DNA of 47,479 bases from Amoeboaphelidium protococcarum X5 (Eukaryota > Fungi > Aphelidiomycota). The stretch covers positions 1 through 47,479 of the forward strand of contig JALDTO010000070.1 of the NCBI GenBank assembly GCA_023515725.1, read 5' to 3'. The notes under the pieces were generated by a model that was not told the origin of the DNA, ran no database searches, and saw only the letters and a program-made list of their open reading frames with translations. Position numbers and translations under genes: made by a program. Positions 37,201-47,479 of this stretch are shown here, piece after piece; the stretch's first letter is position 1; each line of letters starts with the position of its first letter.

Positions 37201-40200
37201 AACTCGGAGTAAATAGAGAACAGCGCATTGACTTCATTCAGTTTCTATTCCCACTGAACGACTTCAGTCTCAAAATGCTTATAGAAAGGGGAATGCTTCA
37301 TTGACACCAGGCCATTAATACTCTCCACAGACTATTCTATAACTTGATCATAGTTCCTGATAATACGCACATTAGACCGATGTAGAATGAGATCTACCGT
37401 CATATTCTCCCACTTTTCAATCACATCACGCAAGTATTCCTCTATTCCCATCTCTCCAATAGCATCATTGATTACATTCTTCACTGGCTACGTGGCAAAC
37501 GATTACAGATATCCAAGAACAGAGCCTAAATGCAAATCAGCATCACCCCCAGAATGATTCCAAACAGTAAATAAACGCTTCCAGTGCCTCTCTTTCATAT
37601 AATTCGACTTGAGCTCAATAATGAACTTGTGCAGCTACATCGTAACATCAATTCTTTTGGCAAGAGCATCAAAAGCGGCATAATGCTTAATAGCTGGCGG
37701 CATGTCTCCTAACATAGCTTTCACGTTCAACAGAGCCTTCTTGACAGAATCAGGCGTAACTTAAGACCATAAACTTGACATGATCTGATCAAACTGCTTC
37801 TACAAAGGAGCAATGGAAGACCAAACATTTTTAAGATCATTCAGCTCTTCAATGGCAGATTAAAATTGACTATCAGACATAACTTCAAGTCCAACTGATG
37901 ACCGAGCCTAATTGAGAGTAAAGATTTCAGTATTCAGAGAATTAAACTTCTGCTCAACATCATTCAACACAGCTTAAGCATCAGAATATTGCAAAGAGCC
38001 ATCTATTGGCTTACTCGAGCCCCACTGCGTAACCACTCTAGATACCTTCTCTCTAATGACTTTATCTTGAACAGTCAACTTACTCTAGATGACACTCAAA
38101 TTGTCTGCCAAACTTTGATTTTTAGATTCATAGATACTGACAAGCATAGAATACTCTCCCTTCAAACGTTCATATTCAACCTGAGGACGACGACCATTGG
38201 CTTTGCCTAATTTGAAAGATTATTAAAACATATCAAGTCGTTCCTCTGACAACTTCACCTCATCCTTACACTGATTCAGTAGAGACACCAATTAAATCAT
38301 CTCCTGCACAGAAGCACTATCAAAGGAAGGACATTGTTCAATTTGATATCGTATACCAGCAGTGTCTTGCAAAAAATTATTGGCCTTGGATTCGTACAGC
38401 TCAATGAATTTAATCAAAAAGGCAGAAATCAGCTCACTGAATCTTTCAACAAGAGCATTCTTCGCACCAGCTGTCGTTAAACGAATGATACCGCTCACAA
38501 ATTCACGAGGTAAAGAGGAACACCTTTTCTTTTCACCAATGAGTAGAGTCATGTATTACAACCATCCACCAAGATTATCGCCGAGAGTCTCCGCCACAAC
38601 GCCGTCATCGCAGTCCCACAAACTCTGATATACAATGACAGAGCCCATAGCAATTTGACACCGCTCCATTGAGGTGGCAAAAGCTTTCCACAAATCATCA
38701 ATCAAGTGGGACTGAACTTCGCCTATTAGATGAGAATAATCAGTTATGGTCTCGATCAAAGGACTTAATGAGAAAATCACGTTAAGTTTATCACTGATTA
38801 ACTATACGACGACCTGCATAATACCGCTAAAGTCCATAGTAGAGCTAATCTTTTTCAGCCTGCAACGGATATCAACAGCAATAGGATCAATAGATAAAAA
38901 ACTTCGGGACAAATCGCCAGGCAGCTCTGTCCCACTTAAAACAGCGCCCAAGTACTAAATTATCTGCTCCATCTTGAGAACTAAAGCTCTTTCAACTGAA
39001 GTATTAACATGATTAAGCCAAGGCGCAATGGAAGATTAAGCGGACATTCTAACAGAATCGACTATAGCTTGAATTTATCCCATAAGACTCGGAATCTTGC
39101 TCTCCAAATCATCTCTGCATTTCTCTATAGCCTTAATAGCCTGAGCGATAGCATCATGTTTATTCTAATAGAACTCCACCTTATTTTACAAGTTACCAAC
39201 ACCGTCACTGATATCCTCAACAAACTGGCCATATTTCCCGCTGCGTCCATCAGTTGCAGGCAACGTCAAGTACTCCCAACGATATTCAATGCCTTGCTGC
39301 AGCAATGATTAGATGAGTTAAATCTCTTTAGTCACCAAAACTCCCAGATTGCCTCCAGCTTAACTCACAGTGTGCAAACTAGATGTAAAAGATGACAATG
39401 CCGCTTACAAGTTCACAGCATAAGGGTAAATCAGTCTACAATCTTTGGCCGCACTGACAACAGAATGAGGCACAGAGAAGCCCATCGCCACGAAATTCTA
39501 AACATCTTTGTACATTGACAATTTGGCCACGTTAATATTCAATACAAGCGACAGAGTATCGGTGCTGCGATCTTTGACAATTTTGAACAAACTTGATCCA
39601 AATCCATAATCGGCATTCTACACTTTTTGAAGCCAGTTATCATACAACTACTAAGTGCCGAGCTTAGAGCGAAAATTCTAAATCTCCTCATTCAACTTCT
39701 AGCCATCAGCATACGTCTCCCAGCCTTGTCCAAAGACACTCTCAATTTTTTTCACATACAAATTTAACTATCTCTCCAGCTGCTTAACCCACATCACTTC
39801 ACCACTGGCCAGAGGTGCTTGTCTTAGACGCTCATAATAATAAGTTTCGCTCTTTGTATAACCAGCCAAAAACTTGTCAAGCAGACGATGGATATCCAAC
39901 TTGACACTTCCAATCAGCTGCACCTGGTAATCCTTAATCGCAGCACGTACTTTCTGTCTCACAAAGAGAGTGTTGTACTTGCTGAATAGTCTAAACATCT
40001 CATTTGAATTCTTACATTGATCCAACTTATTCTTCAAATCCTCAATTAGCTCATATTCAATCTTGTCAACCTACTCCATATAAAGCTTCTCGTTAGCATT
40101 CCATTATTGTGTCCCTTCATCTGAAATGTCACAAATGTCCAAAGTCTTGATTAATCGATAAGCTTCCCCAAGATCTTGAACGGTAATGGCAGACTCAGAC

Positions 40201-41615
40201 TAGTATATTTTCTCCAGAGTTTCCGCCAGCAAATGATGATTAGTTCTGAACTGTAGAATGTAATCAAGACGATCCTTTAAACTCTCATGCTACGCATTCA
40301 CCTTCACTGGAATAAACTTTTCACCGCGTCGACGAATTAAATCTCTGGCAGCAGTCACAAACTCTCTACACTACTCATCCCACACAGTGAAAATCTGGTC
40401 AAACAGAAAATCCATATTTTATTTGAATGCAGAAAACGGCATATTCATCAACTTGAGATTGGTTACAATCTTCACTACCAAGTCATTAAAGTCATTGGCT
40501 ATGACATCCACCAGCTGTAATGCACGAGCCACCGGGTAACCACTGAGCTTCAACTTCTTAATCAAGTGGGAGAATATCAATATGACTCCATCACGCAGCT
40601 TCTCCATACTGTCGGCATTCATCATTTCAGCAGCAGGAAAATCTTTCAGCAGTACATTATACTTTTACGCCTGATCAAGACAAGCCTGTAGCCCAGTATC
40701 CTGGATAAAACCGATAGTGGCATGGAATCTTTTGGCCTATTTCAATAGATCCATCACCAATAAAACTTCATCATTTTACAGTTGCTTCTCAATATCCAAG
40801 AGTTCCCGCTCTAACTGCTGCCAGAAATTCACCTCTTAGAGAGCATTAACAACAGCAGAATCTCTAACCAGCTTAGTGACTGTCTAAATATCGATGACCC
40901 ATTAATTAACATCGCTTTATAGTTGATTAATGAAAGTCTAATCCGTGGCTACATCTGCAAAGCCTTCCACCTGAATCTTTTGTCCACTTTATCTGCACTT
41001 CTGCACGTACTCCACTACTCTAACACTACTAACCTTCAACTAGACATGTGGAATATCAACATTCTATTACAGATTGAGCAAAGCATTAGCCAACTCGGCC
41101 AACTTACGCCTCGCCAAATTGACGGCATTATCACCTTTACTATTCGCAGTTGAACGAGACATTACGGCCGACTTGTTGGCAGACACATCCGAACCAGACA
41201 CCTGCTGCCCGGCAAACGCCTACAATAATGGACTCAATGCGTTCACCACAGTACCGTGCAATGAGCCAAACAAAGAAGCCTAGTCCAACATTGGCACATA
41301 GAAAGATGATAGCTGACTAACCAGTGGCTAAGAAGGATCCAAGTCAGCTAAGCCATTCAACTTGTTCACGCAGAGAACGCCTTAACACTTACCCAGACTC
41401 TAAGTCAACTCGGACTAAAACAGCAGAGTCGCACTCTCACTAGCATCCCCACTATGAACTCTCAGCAGGTAAAGAGTAGACACACTACCACTGCAGAAAC
41501 TCTAAAACAACTTACCATTATCAGGCAAGTTCAACGCCAACTGTAACAATTTAAGATCACACTCCATTAAACTTGGCACAGCATTCTCCAAATATTCTCT
41601 CAATTTACCCTCCAT
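28257..41615 (-). CDS. DYN1: Cytoplasmic dynein 1 heavy chain, about 4452 aa, apparently intronless
   Basis: Tail [21 protein letters not shown]1 [29 protein letters not shown]2 [30 protein letters not shown]3 [24 protein letters not shown]4 [16 protein letters not shown], stalk [11 protein letters not shown]. More than 15 track fragments share one frame. TGA at 28259-28257. Confidence 0.96.
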
Positions 41616-42047
41616 ATCTCAATATTGTATCTAATAGAATAGATAACACTTCAGTTCTATTGATAATAGTTGATGAAACTTGAATAGAATTTATACAGTG
41701 TAATCAATCAAGAAGTATTACTCTAGGTAGAAAGGGTGAACGAAGAAGACTATGAAGAGCACGCGCTCGAGTCAGAAGGAAAGGACGACGCGTTTGCTCA
41801 AAGAAACTGAACTGAATCTCTCGGAATTCAGCAGACGCATTTCTCGTCTAAAAACGCTTCCATCGTGCTCTATTGCAGAGACGTTCGTTTCACTAAAAGG
41901 AAGTTGTTTCAGGCTGAAGTTTCCATTTATTATTTCTTCTTTCTTCTTCTTTACGCGGTTTGTCTCACTTTATTTATTGCACCTTGCCTCATTGAAACTT
42001 AAATCCCTTGCATTCACTGAATATTATTATATCAAAGTATAATATAA
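41616..42047. promoter_or_regulatory. Bidirectional promoter between dynein and FANCM with MCB-like boxes
   Basis: 432-bp head-to-head spacer. ACGCGT at 41788-41793, ACGCGC at 41761 and ACGCGG at about 41953. Confidence 0.5.
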
Positions 42048-45000
42048 ATGGAGTTTGAAATTGATGATGATTTACTGCTGTGTGCATTGGATAATATTGA
42101 GAATGTGGTTGACACTGGGCCTAATATAACTACTAATCTGATGGATAATCATCAACTATGGCAAGGTTAGTAGACAACAACCGCATCATCCTCATCTAGT
42201 TGCATTGTAAAGTCTTCTACTAGTAATACCAAGATTCGAGATAATAAGCAGACTACTCTGTTTGATAACAATTTTTCACTGAAGCACGTTCCTGATAATA
42301 ACGGTAATAATAATGTCAACTTCTCAAGACCGTCTAGTATCGCTAGTTTGCGCGTAAACACTCAAAACTTCTCTGTTGAAACTCACCATGAGATTGATCA
42401 GGATGCTGTCAAGACATGGATTTATCCAAACAATTATCCTGTTAGGCAGTACTAGTTCAGTATTATCAAGAAGGCCCTGTTTGTCAATACCTTGGTCTGT
42501 CTACCCACTGGCCTTGGCAAGACTTTTATTGCCGCCGTGTTAATGTTCAACTACTATCGCTGGTTCCCAAAGAGTAAAATCTTCTTCTTGGCACCGACAA
42601 AGCCTTTGGTAGCGTAGTAGATCAAAGCTTGTTATCAGATTACTGGGATTCCTCAGCCTGATACGGTTGAGCTCACAGGGGCAATGCAACCGGCCACTAG
42701 AGCCAAGATGTATCAAGAGAGACGAGTCTTTTTCATGACACCTCAGTCTCTTAGTAATGATTTGAATTCTGGTATCTGTGATCCCAGATAGATTGTATGC
42801 CTCGTTATTGATGAAGCTCATAGAGCTACCGGGAATTATGCTTATTGTCAAGTTATTGAAAAGGTCTATCAGAGTCACAAGGCGTTTAGAATTCTTGCAC
42901 TATCTGCTACTCCTGGATCGCTGGTGGACTCTGTTCAAGTTATTGTTAACAATTGCAAAATTCATTAAATTGAGATTAGAACTGAAGAGTCCAAAGATAT
43001 AGTTTAGTACATCTATAATAAGCGGAAAGATGTAGTGGTGGTGAAACTTAGTCCTGATATCTGCAAAGTTCGCGATACGTTTAGTTAATAGATCTTATAG
43101 CCAGCTGTTAGTCGCTTGTTTAGAGCGGGCGCTATCTATCAGAAAGATGCCATGAATGTGGGCAAGTATTAGATACTAATGGCTAGATAGCGATTCAATA
43201 TGAATGGTAATCGTGGTAATGACCGTGATAAAAATCTTATTCGTCGAGACTTTACTGCGCTTATGACATTGTATCATGCATTTGAACTTTTGCCCAAGCA
43301 CGGAGTCTTATCATTCTACAAGTATCTGAAGGAGGTGTTGGCAGATAGTGGTGGACCAAAAAGTACTTCTGGTCCAGCCAAGTTGATGCTCATGAATAAT
43401 CCTCATTTCCGCGGTCTGATGAACTTCATGGAAGAGATAACTAACCGGCCCACTTTTGTTGGTCATCCGAAATTGGACGTGCTGGAGAGCCGGATGCTAT
43501 AGCATTTCATGGACAGTCAATGCTCCTCATCTGATAGTCAGTCCTCATCGGACCAATAATCTTCAGTCTCCACTCGTGCCATGGTATTTTGTGAGTATAG
43601 AGATGCCGTGGATGAGATTGTGGCTAGGCTTAATAAACATCAGCCCACAATCAAAGCTGTGTCTTTTATCGGACAATCGTCTAATAAATCTGTGAAAGGT
43701 TACACCTAGAAGCAGCAGTTGGAGGTCATTAAGAAATTTTAGAATGGTGAGTATAATGTCATTGTTGCTACCTGCATTGGAGAAGAAGGCCTAGATATCG
43801 GTGAGGTTGATCTGATTGTATGTTATGACACTTAATCGTCTCCAGTCAGAATGTTGTAGAGGATGGGAAGAACTGGTAGGAAGCGGGATGGCTCTATTCT
43901 GGTGCTATTGAGCGAAGGGAAGGAGGAGTATTAATACAAAGAAACTTAGAATTCTTACAAGAAGGTGTAGCAAGCTATCATGTCGCAGGACAAGTGTTTT
44001 ACAATGTGGCCACAGGAGTGCAGAGTTTTACCAAGTGCGGTCTCTCAGCCTGTATGTTCTGAACAGCTTCTCTCATTTGCATAATATGACGATAACTTTG
44101 CCAATTAGAAGCCGCTTTCTGACAAAAAGTAGCAGAGCAAAGCGAAATCGAAAAAAGTTGCCGTGAACTAAGATGCTATTTCATTAGAATTATCGGTAGA
44201 GAAGGTAAAATATGTAAAATCGAAGACTAATACTGGAAAGAAAAGTAAAGCAACCAAGTAAAGTGGTAAAGAGAAGTCTAATGTTCCCACGCCTGATTTG
44301 CCTGAAACTACTGCTCCTAATACTGCTCGATAAAAGGTGCAGTTTGTTAATCTGATATCTGACGATGATGAAGATGAAGATTTCGCTAAGAATGAGTAAA
44401 AAGTCATTGAATCTGGTGTTAAGGTAATCTCAGCCGAACCGATACCTATGGTTCCTCAAGTCCTTGAAGATACAGTTCCCGCTGAGAAAGAATGTCAAGA
44501 GATTCTTCTTTAAGGACCTGCTATAGTAAAAGACTATTCCTCACTTTACCATACCTTGCCTCAGCATGAACCTACTTCAAACTGCCATCATTAAGCATCT
44601 TGCCCAGCCAGTGACTAGTCTGACTTAAAGTTGGCGATCGAAAATGCCGTCATCGGAATCTCCTATGCTCGTACTGATTCACTAGTTGTAATCCCTAAAA
44701 AGTCTTAAAGTTATGATAGTAATCCAATGGTATCAGTTTAGTAATCTGAGAATTAAACAGTTTAAGACTTTAATGCATCGCCAGATAGGAGATAGTCTCA
44801 TGTTAGGACAAAGCCCAAAGAGACTAGAAAAATTACTGCTAAGAGAACCTTTGTCTTTGACGAGGCTGACTTGACTGATGCCGAAGATACTGATGAAGAA
44901 GTGAATTACGGCAGTCGTAAAAGAGTGAGGAATACCAGTGAAGATGAAGATGAGGATAAGCTGGATGAAATGCTGGCTTAGGATCTTGAATTGGTTGATT

Positions 45001-45584
45001 TTGTCGTTGAAGATCATGATCAGAGTGAAGTATCCGCATAAGAACAATCACATCTCGGTGTGTTTTCGCATCATCATGGTCAGTACAGAATGAAGTTTAA
45101 CGACGATATCTCATTGTCACAAAAGTATGTACATCAGAAGCCCGTGCTTAAGGAAGGAGCGAGTGACTATGACTTGGGCTCATTTGTAGTCGGCGATGAT
45201 GACGATGATGATGATATTATCGACATTGTTGATGATGACACTAGTGGTGAAATAGTGGATGTTCATGATTTGTTTGAAAGTCCTCAGATTCCTCGTCATA
45301 AAGCCGTTAATAATAGGTTGAACTAGAAGAAGCGGAGAATAATATCCTCAAGTGTGGCCAACACTCCCGTGTCTGGTAAGATTTCAATATCCAACTCTAT
45401 GATCAGTTAGAAAGTTATAGTTGAAGAGCCTGCAGAAGTCTTAAATGATTTGAACGTGATTGATTTGTTGGAAGGTGTAGATCTAAGCCTACTAGACTAA
45501 ATTTAAAATTAATAATTCATCATCAAAAATTGCTTAGTTTTATTGTCATTATTCATTAAAAAGCAGTTACGCATTACATAATGA
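42048..45584 (+). CDS. MPH1: FANCM/Mph1 DEAH helicase-translocase, about 1178 aa, no ERCC4 domain visible
   Basis: [80 protein letters not shown] and [18 protein letters not shown]. First in-frame TGA is at 45582-45584, but the exact C-terminus is uncertain (see findings). Confidence 0.93.
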
Positions 45585-45590
45585 CCATCA

Positions 45591-46634
45591 TCACTTTGGA
45601 CAAGGGACCATGGTGGCTTCACCATACAGATTGTAGCCAAACTTCTGTCTGAAATCGAGCCATTCCTGAGGCAAGCTGTCAGTCTGCAGATCAAGATGCA
45701 TATTACTTTCAACACCATTCACGTCAGAAGCTCCGTCATCGAAGCCACACCATTGATTCTGGTCACTGCACTCATCGCCAATGACAACGAGCAGTGTGCC
45801 CAGCTTCTCCAAGTGTGGAGTCAAGTCAGGCAAAATCTGCGGCTTACCATAATTGCCCGGTTGGTAGTTATCCTAATTGATGCGACCCAGTGGAGTGTAC
45901 TCCCAACAAGTATTAGCGTAATTCTTCTTGTAATAGTTATTTCCAGTAGCTGCCACGGTCATACCATTGATCTTGCCACTTTTGAAGCCACAATCAGTGT
46001 AAAGCACTTCACCGCTCTCTGGCTGATGAGTGTACCAAGTCTGAGAAGTCTTGACCTTGTTAGTCTCAGCTGGGAGAGGCTCCAGGTAGCATTACTCATT
46101 ACCGATCCAATGAACATTGTCAGAGTCGGTAGGCGTCGCGTGAGCAGTCTTGCCCCAAGCACCAGGTGGATAAGACATAAGACCGCCGGGACCATAAGCT
46201 GGCTTATTAGTAGTTGGAGCAGGAGCGGATGGATTGGCACCTTTTCCTGGCGATGGAGCGGTTGCATTACCACCATACGCAGGAGTATTAGATCCAGCAG
46301 GAGCAGGCGATGGACCGCCACCATAAGCAGGAGCATTGGATCCAGCAGGAGCAGGAGAAGGACTTCCACCATAGGCTGGCGCTATAGCTGGAGCAGGCGA
46401 TGGGCCTTTACCATATGCAGGCGCGTTTGCTGGAGCGGGTGATGGACTTCCACCATATGATGGCGCATTAGCAGAAGGAGAAGGACTACCACCAGCTTAA
46501 TAACCAGGAGCATCGCAAGCAGGTGCATGAACATAAACAATTTCACAACCATCAGCATCATAATCAACGGCATTGATCGCGCTCATACTGACAAGCAGAG
46601 ACGCGCACAGGGAGGCAATTTTACGATACTACAT
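45591..46634 (-). CDS. Secreted 347-aa protein: signal peptide, Pro/Ala/Gly/Tyr repeats, GH45/expansin-like double-psi beta-barrel domain
   Basis: MQYRKIASLCASLLVSMSAINA (codon 2 is TAG), repeated APAYGGxPSPAP units, then TWY..DCG..VAATG..C..VVIGDEC..NQWC..MHLDL..VPCPK. TGA at 45593-45591. Confidence 0.75.
46190..46497 (-). repeat. Coding tandem repeat, about 6 degenerate units of (N)APAYGG(S/G)PSPAP(AGS)
   Basis: Recurrent CCACCATA and GGAGCAGG strings on the + strand at roughly 39-45 nt spacing. Confidence 0.85.
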
Positions 46635-47479
46635 TTTTTAATAAATATTCTATTTTATATAAACGTGACTAAGACTATATAATTATATATAAACGACTAT
46701 GTGTTTAAAATAAAGAAGAAATACCAGGTAGTCATTCATCCCAAGTTTATCAGATCTCATGATACCACTTGATGTTACACTAAAGTTGTGACAGCCATTA
46801 AGATTGCGTAACGAAGCACCTGTGATCCCAGTCATGTAACATTACGCGATAAGCTACAACATTGCCGTATGTAACGCGTGACCGCTTTGATAAATGCAGA
46901 CTATAGAGATGATGACATCGTAAAGTAAGCGATAAAATTATGATAATATAAAGCAAGGCGACTAACGCCGTCTGATTAAAAAAGCACAGTCAATATCCTT
47001 ATCAAATAATCACATAGATTCTAGACACGAATTTCATTTCGATGTAAATACAAATCTACCTTGGGCTGCTTACACCAAAATATTCATTGAGATTGATTGG
47101 ACGAGGGTTCGGTTACTTACATTAATCCGGTTTTATAACCAATCAGAAAAGCAATCTCATCACAGCGACACTTGGTTGCATCACTTATCCTTCACTTCTA
47201 CGCAATTTCTTCATTAGATACTATCAAAAAAGGGCCGATCTCTCGTTCGTGCACTTCAAAGTTTTTTTGAAAATTTTCTGTAGTAGATCACAAGATGATG
47301 GTTCGCTTGTTTCACAACTATTTTGAAATGATTTGTAGCGTTGCAGTATAAATGGTATCCATTGAAACTGGTCTTAAATCGAGATATTATCTCTGAACCC
47401 GTGTCTTTCCTTTAACTAGTAACTCACCTTGTTTGATTATTACTCTGCTAAATATGAAGGTTAAAGTCTCATTGATTGA

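Noticed and set aside
46190-46497. Repeat array considered as CRISPR or satellite
   Set aside because: Unit lengths are multiples of three, vary at synonymous sites and lie within a signal-peptide ORF, so it is a coding repeat.
1-47479. A field of pseudogenes or a low-quality assembly explaining the many in-frame stops
   Set aside because: The interruptions I read are all TAA/TAG, with no TGA and no frameshifts. They fall on conserved Gln positions in essential genes.
46635-47479. Possible gene, tRNA (e.g. a suppressor tRNA-Gln) or mobile element end in the final 845 bp
   Set aside because: No convincing ORF, cloverleaf, A/B box or terminal repeat was seen by eye. tRNAscan-SE would be needed to exclude a tRNA.

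Overview
This is gene-dense (~89% coding), apparently intron-free eukaryotic nuclear DNA that uses a non-standard genetic code. TAA and TAG are read as Gln and only TGA is stop (translation-table-6 type). The supplied ORF track is therefore fragmented. Re-reading with TAR=Gln joins the fragments into 14 single-frame CDSs, all ending in TGA. In order they are: a partial protein kinase, a degenerate RhoGAP-like protein, MRT4, an LCB3-type sphingoid-phosphate phosphatase, an orphan with a PD-(D/E)xK nuclease-like motif, DOA10/MARCH6, proteasome beta3, a small acidic ORF, a 2036-aa SH3-SH3-DH-PH-coiled-coil RhoGEF, a bacterial-looking GH18 chitinase, REV3, the cytoplasmic dynein heavy chain, FANCM/MPH1, and a secreted Pro/Ala/Gly/Tyr-repeat protein with a GH45/expansin-like domain. 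Fungal/opisthokont-type genes together with TAR=Gln best fit an aphelid such as Amoeboaphelidium protococcarum, a parasitoid of green algae (inference, not a database match). The best leads are the recoding itself, the clustering of TAR codons just before terminal TGAs, the candidate orphan nuclease, the secreted wall-loosening candidate and the possible HGT chitinase. The longest genes were checked by frame consistency and partial reading, not codon by codon.
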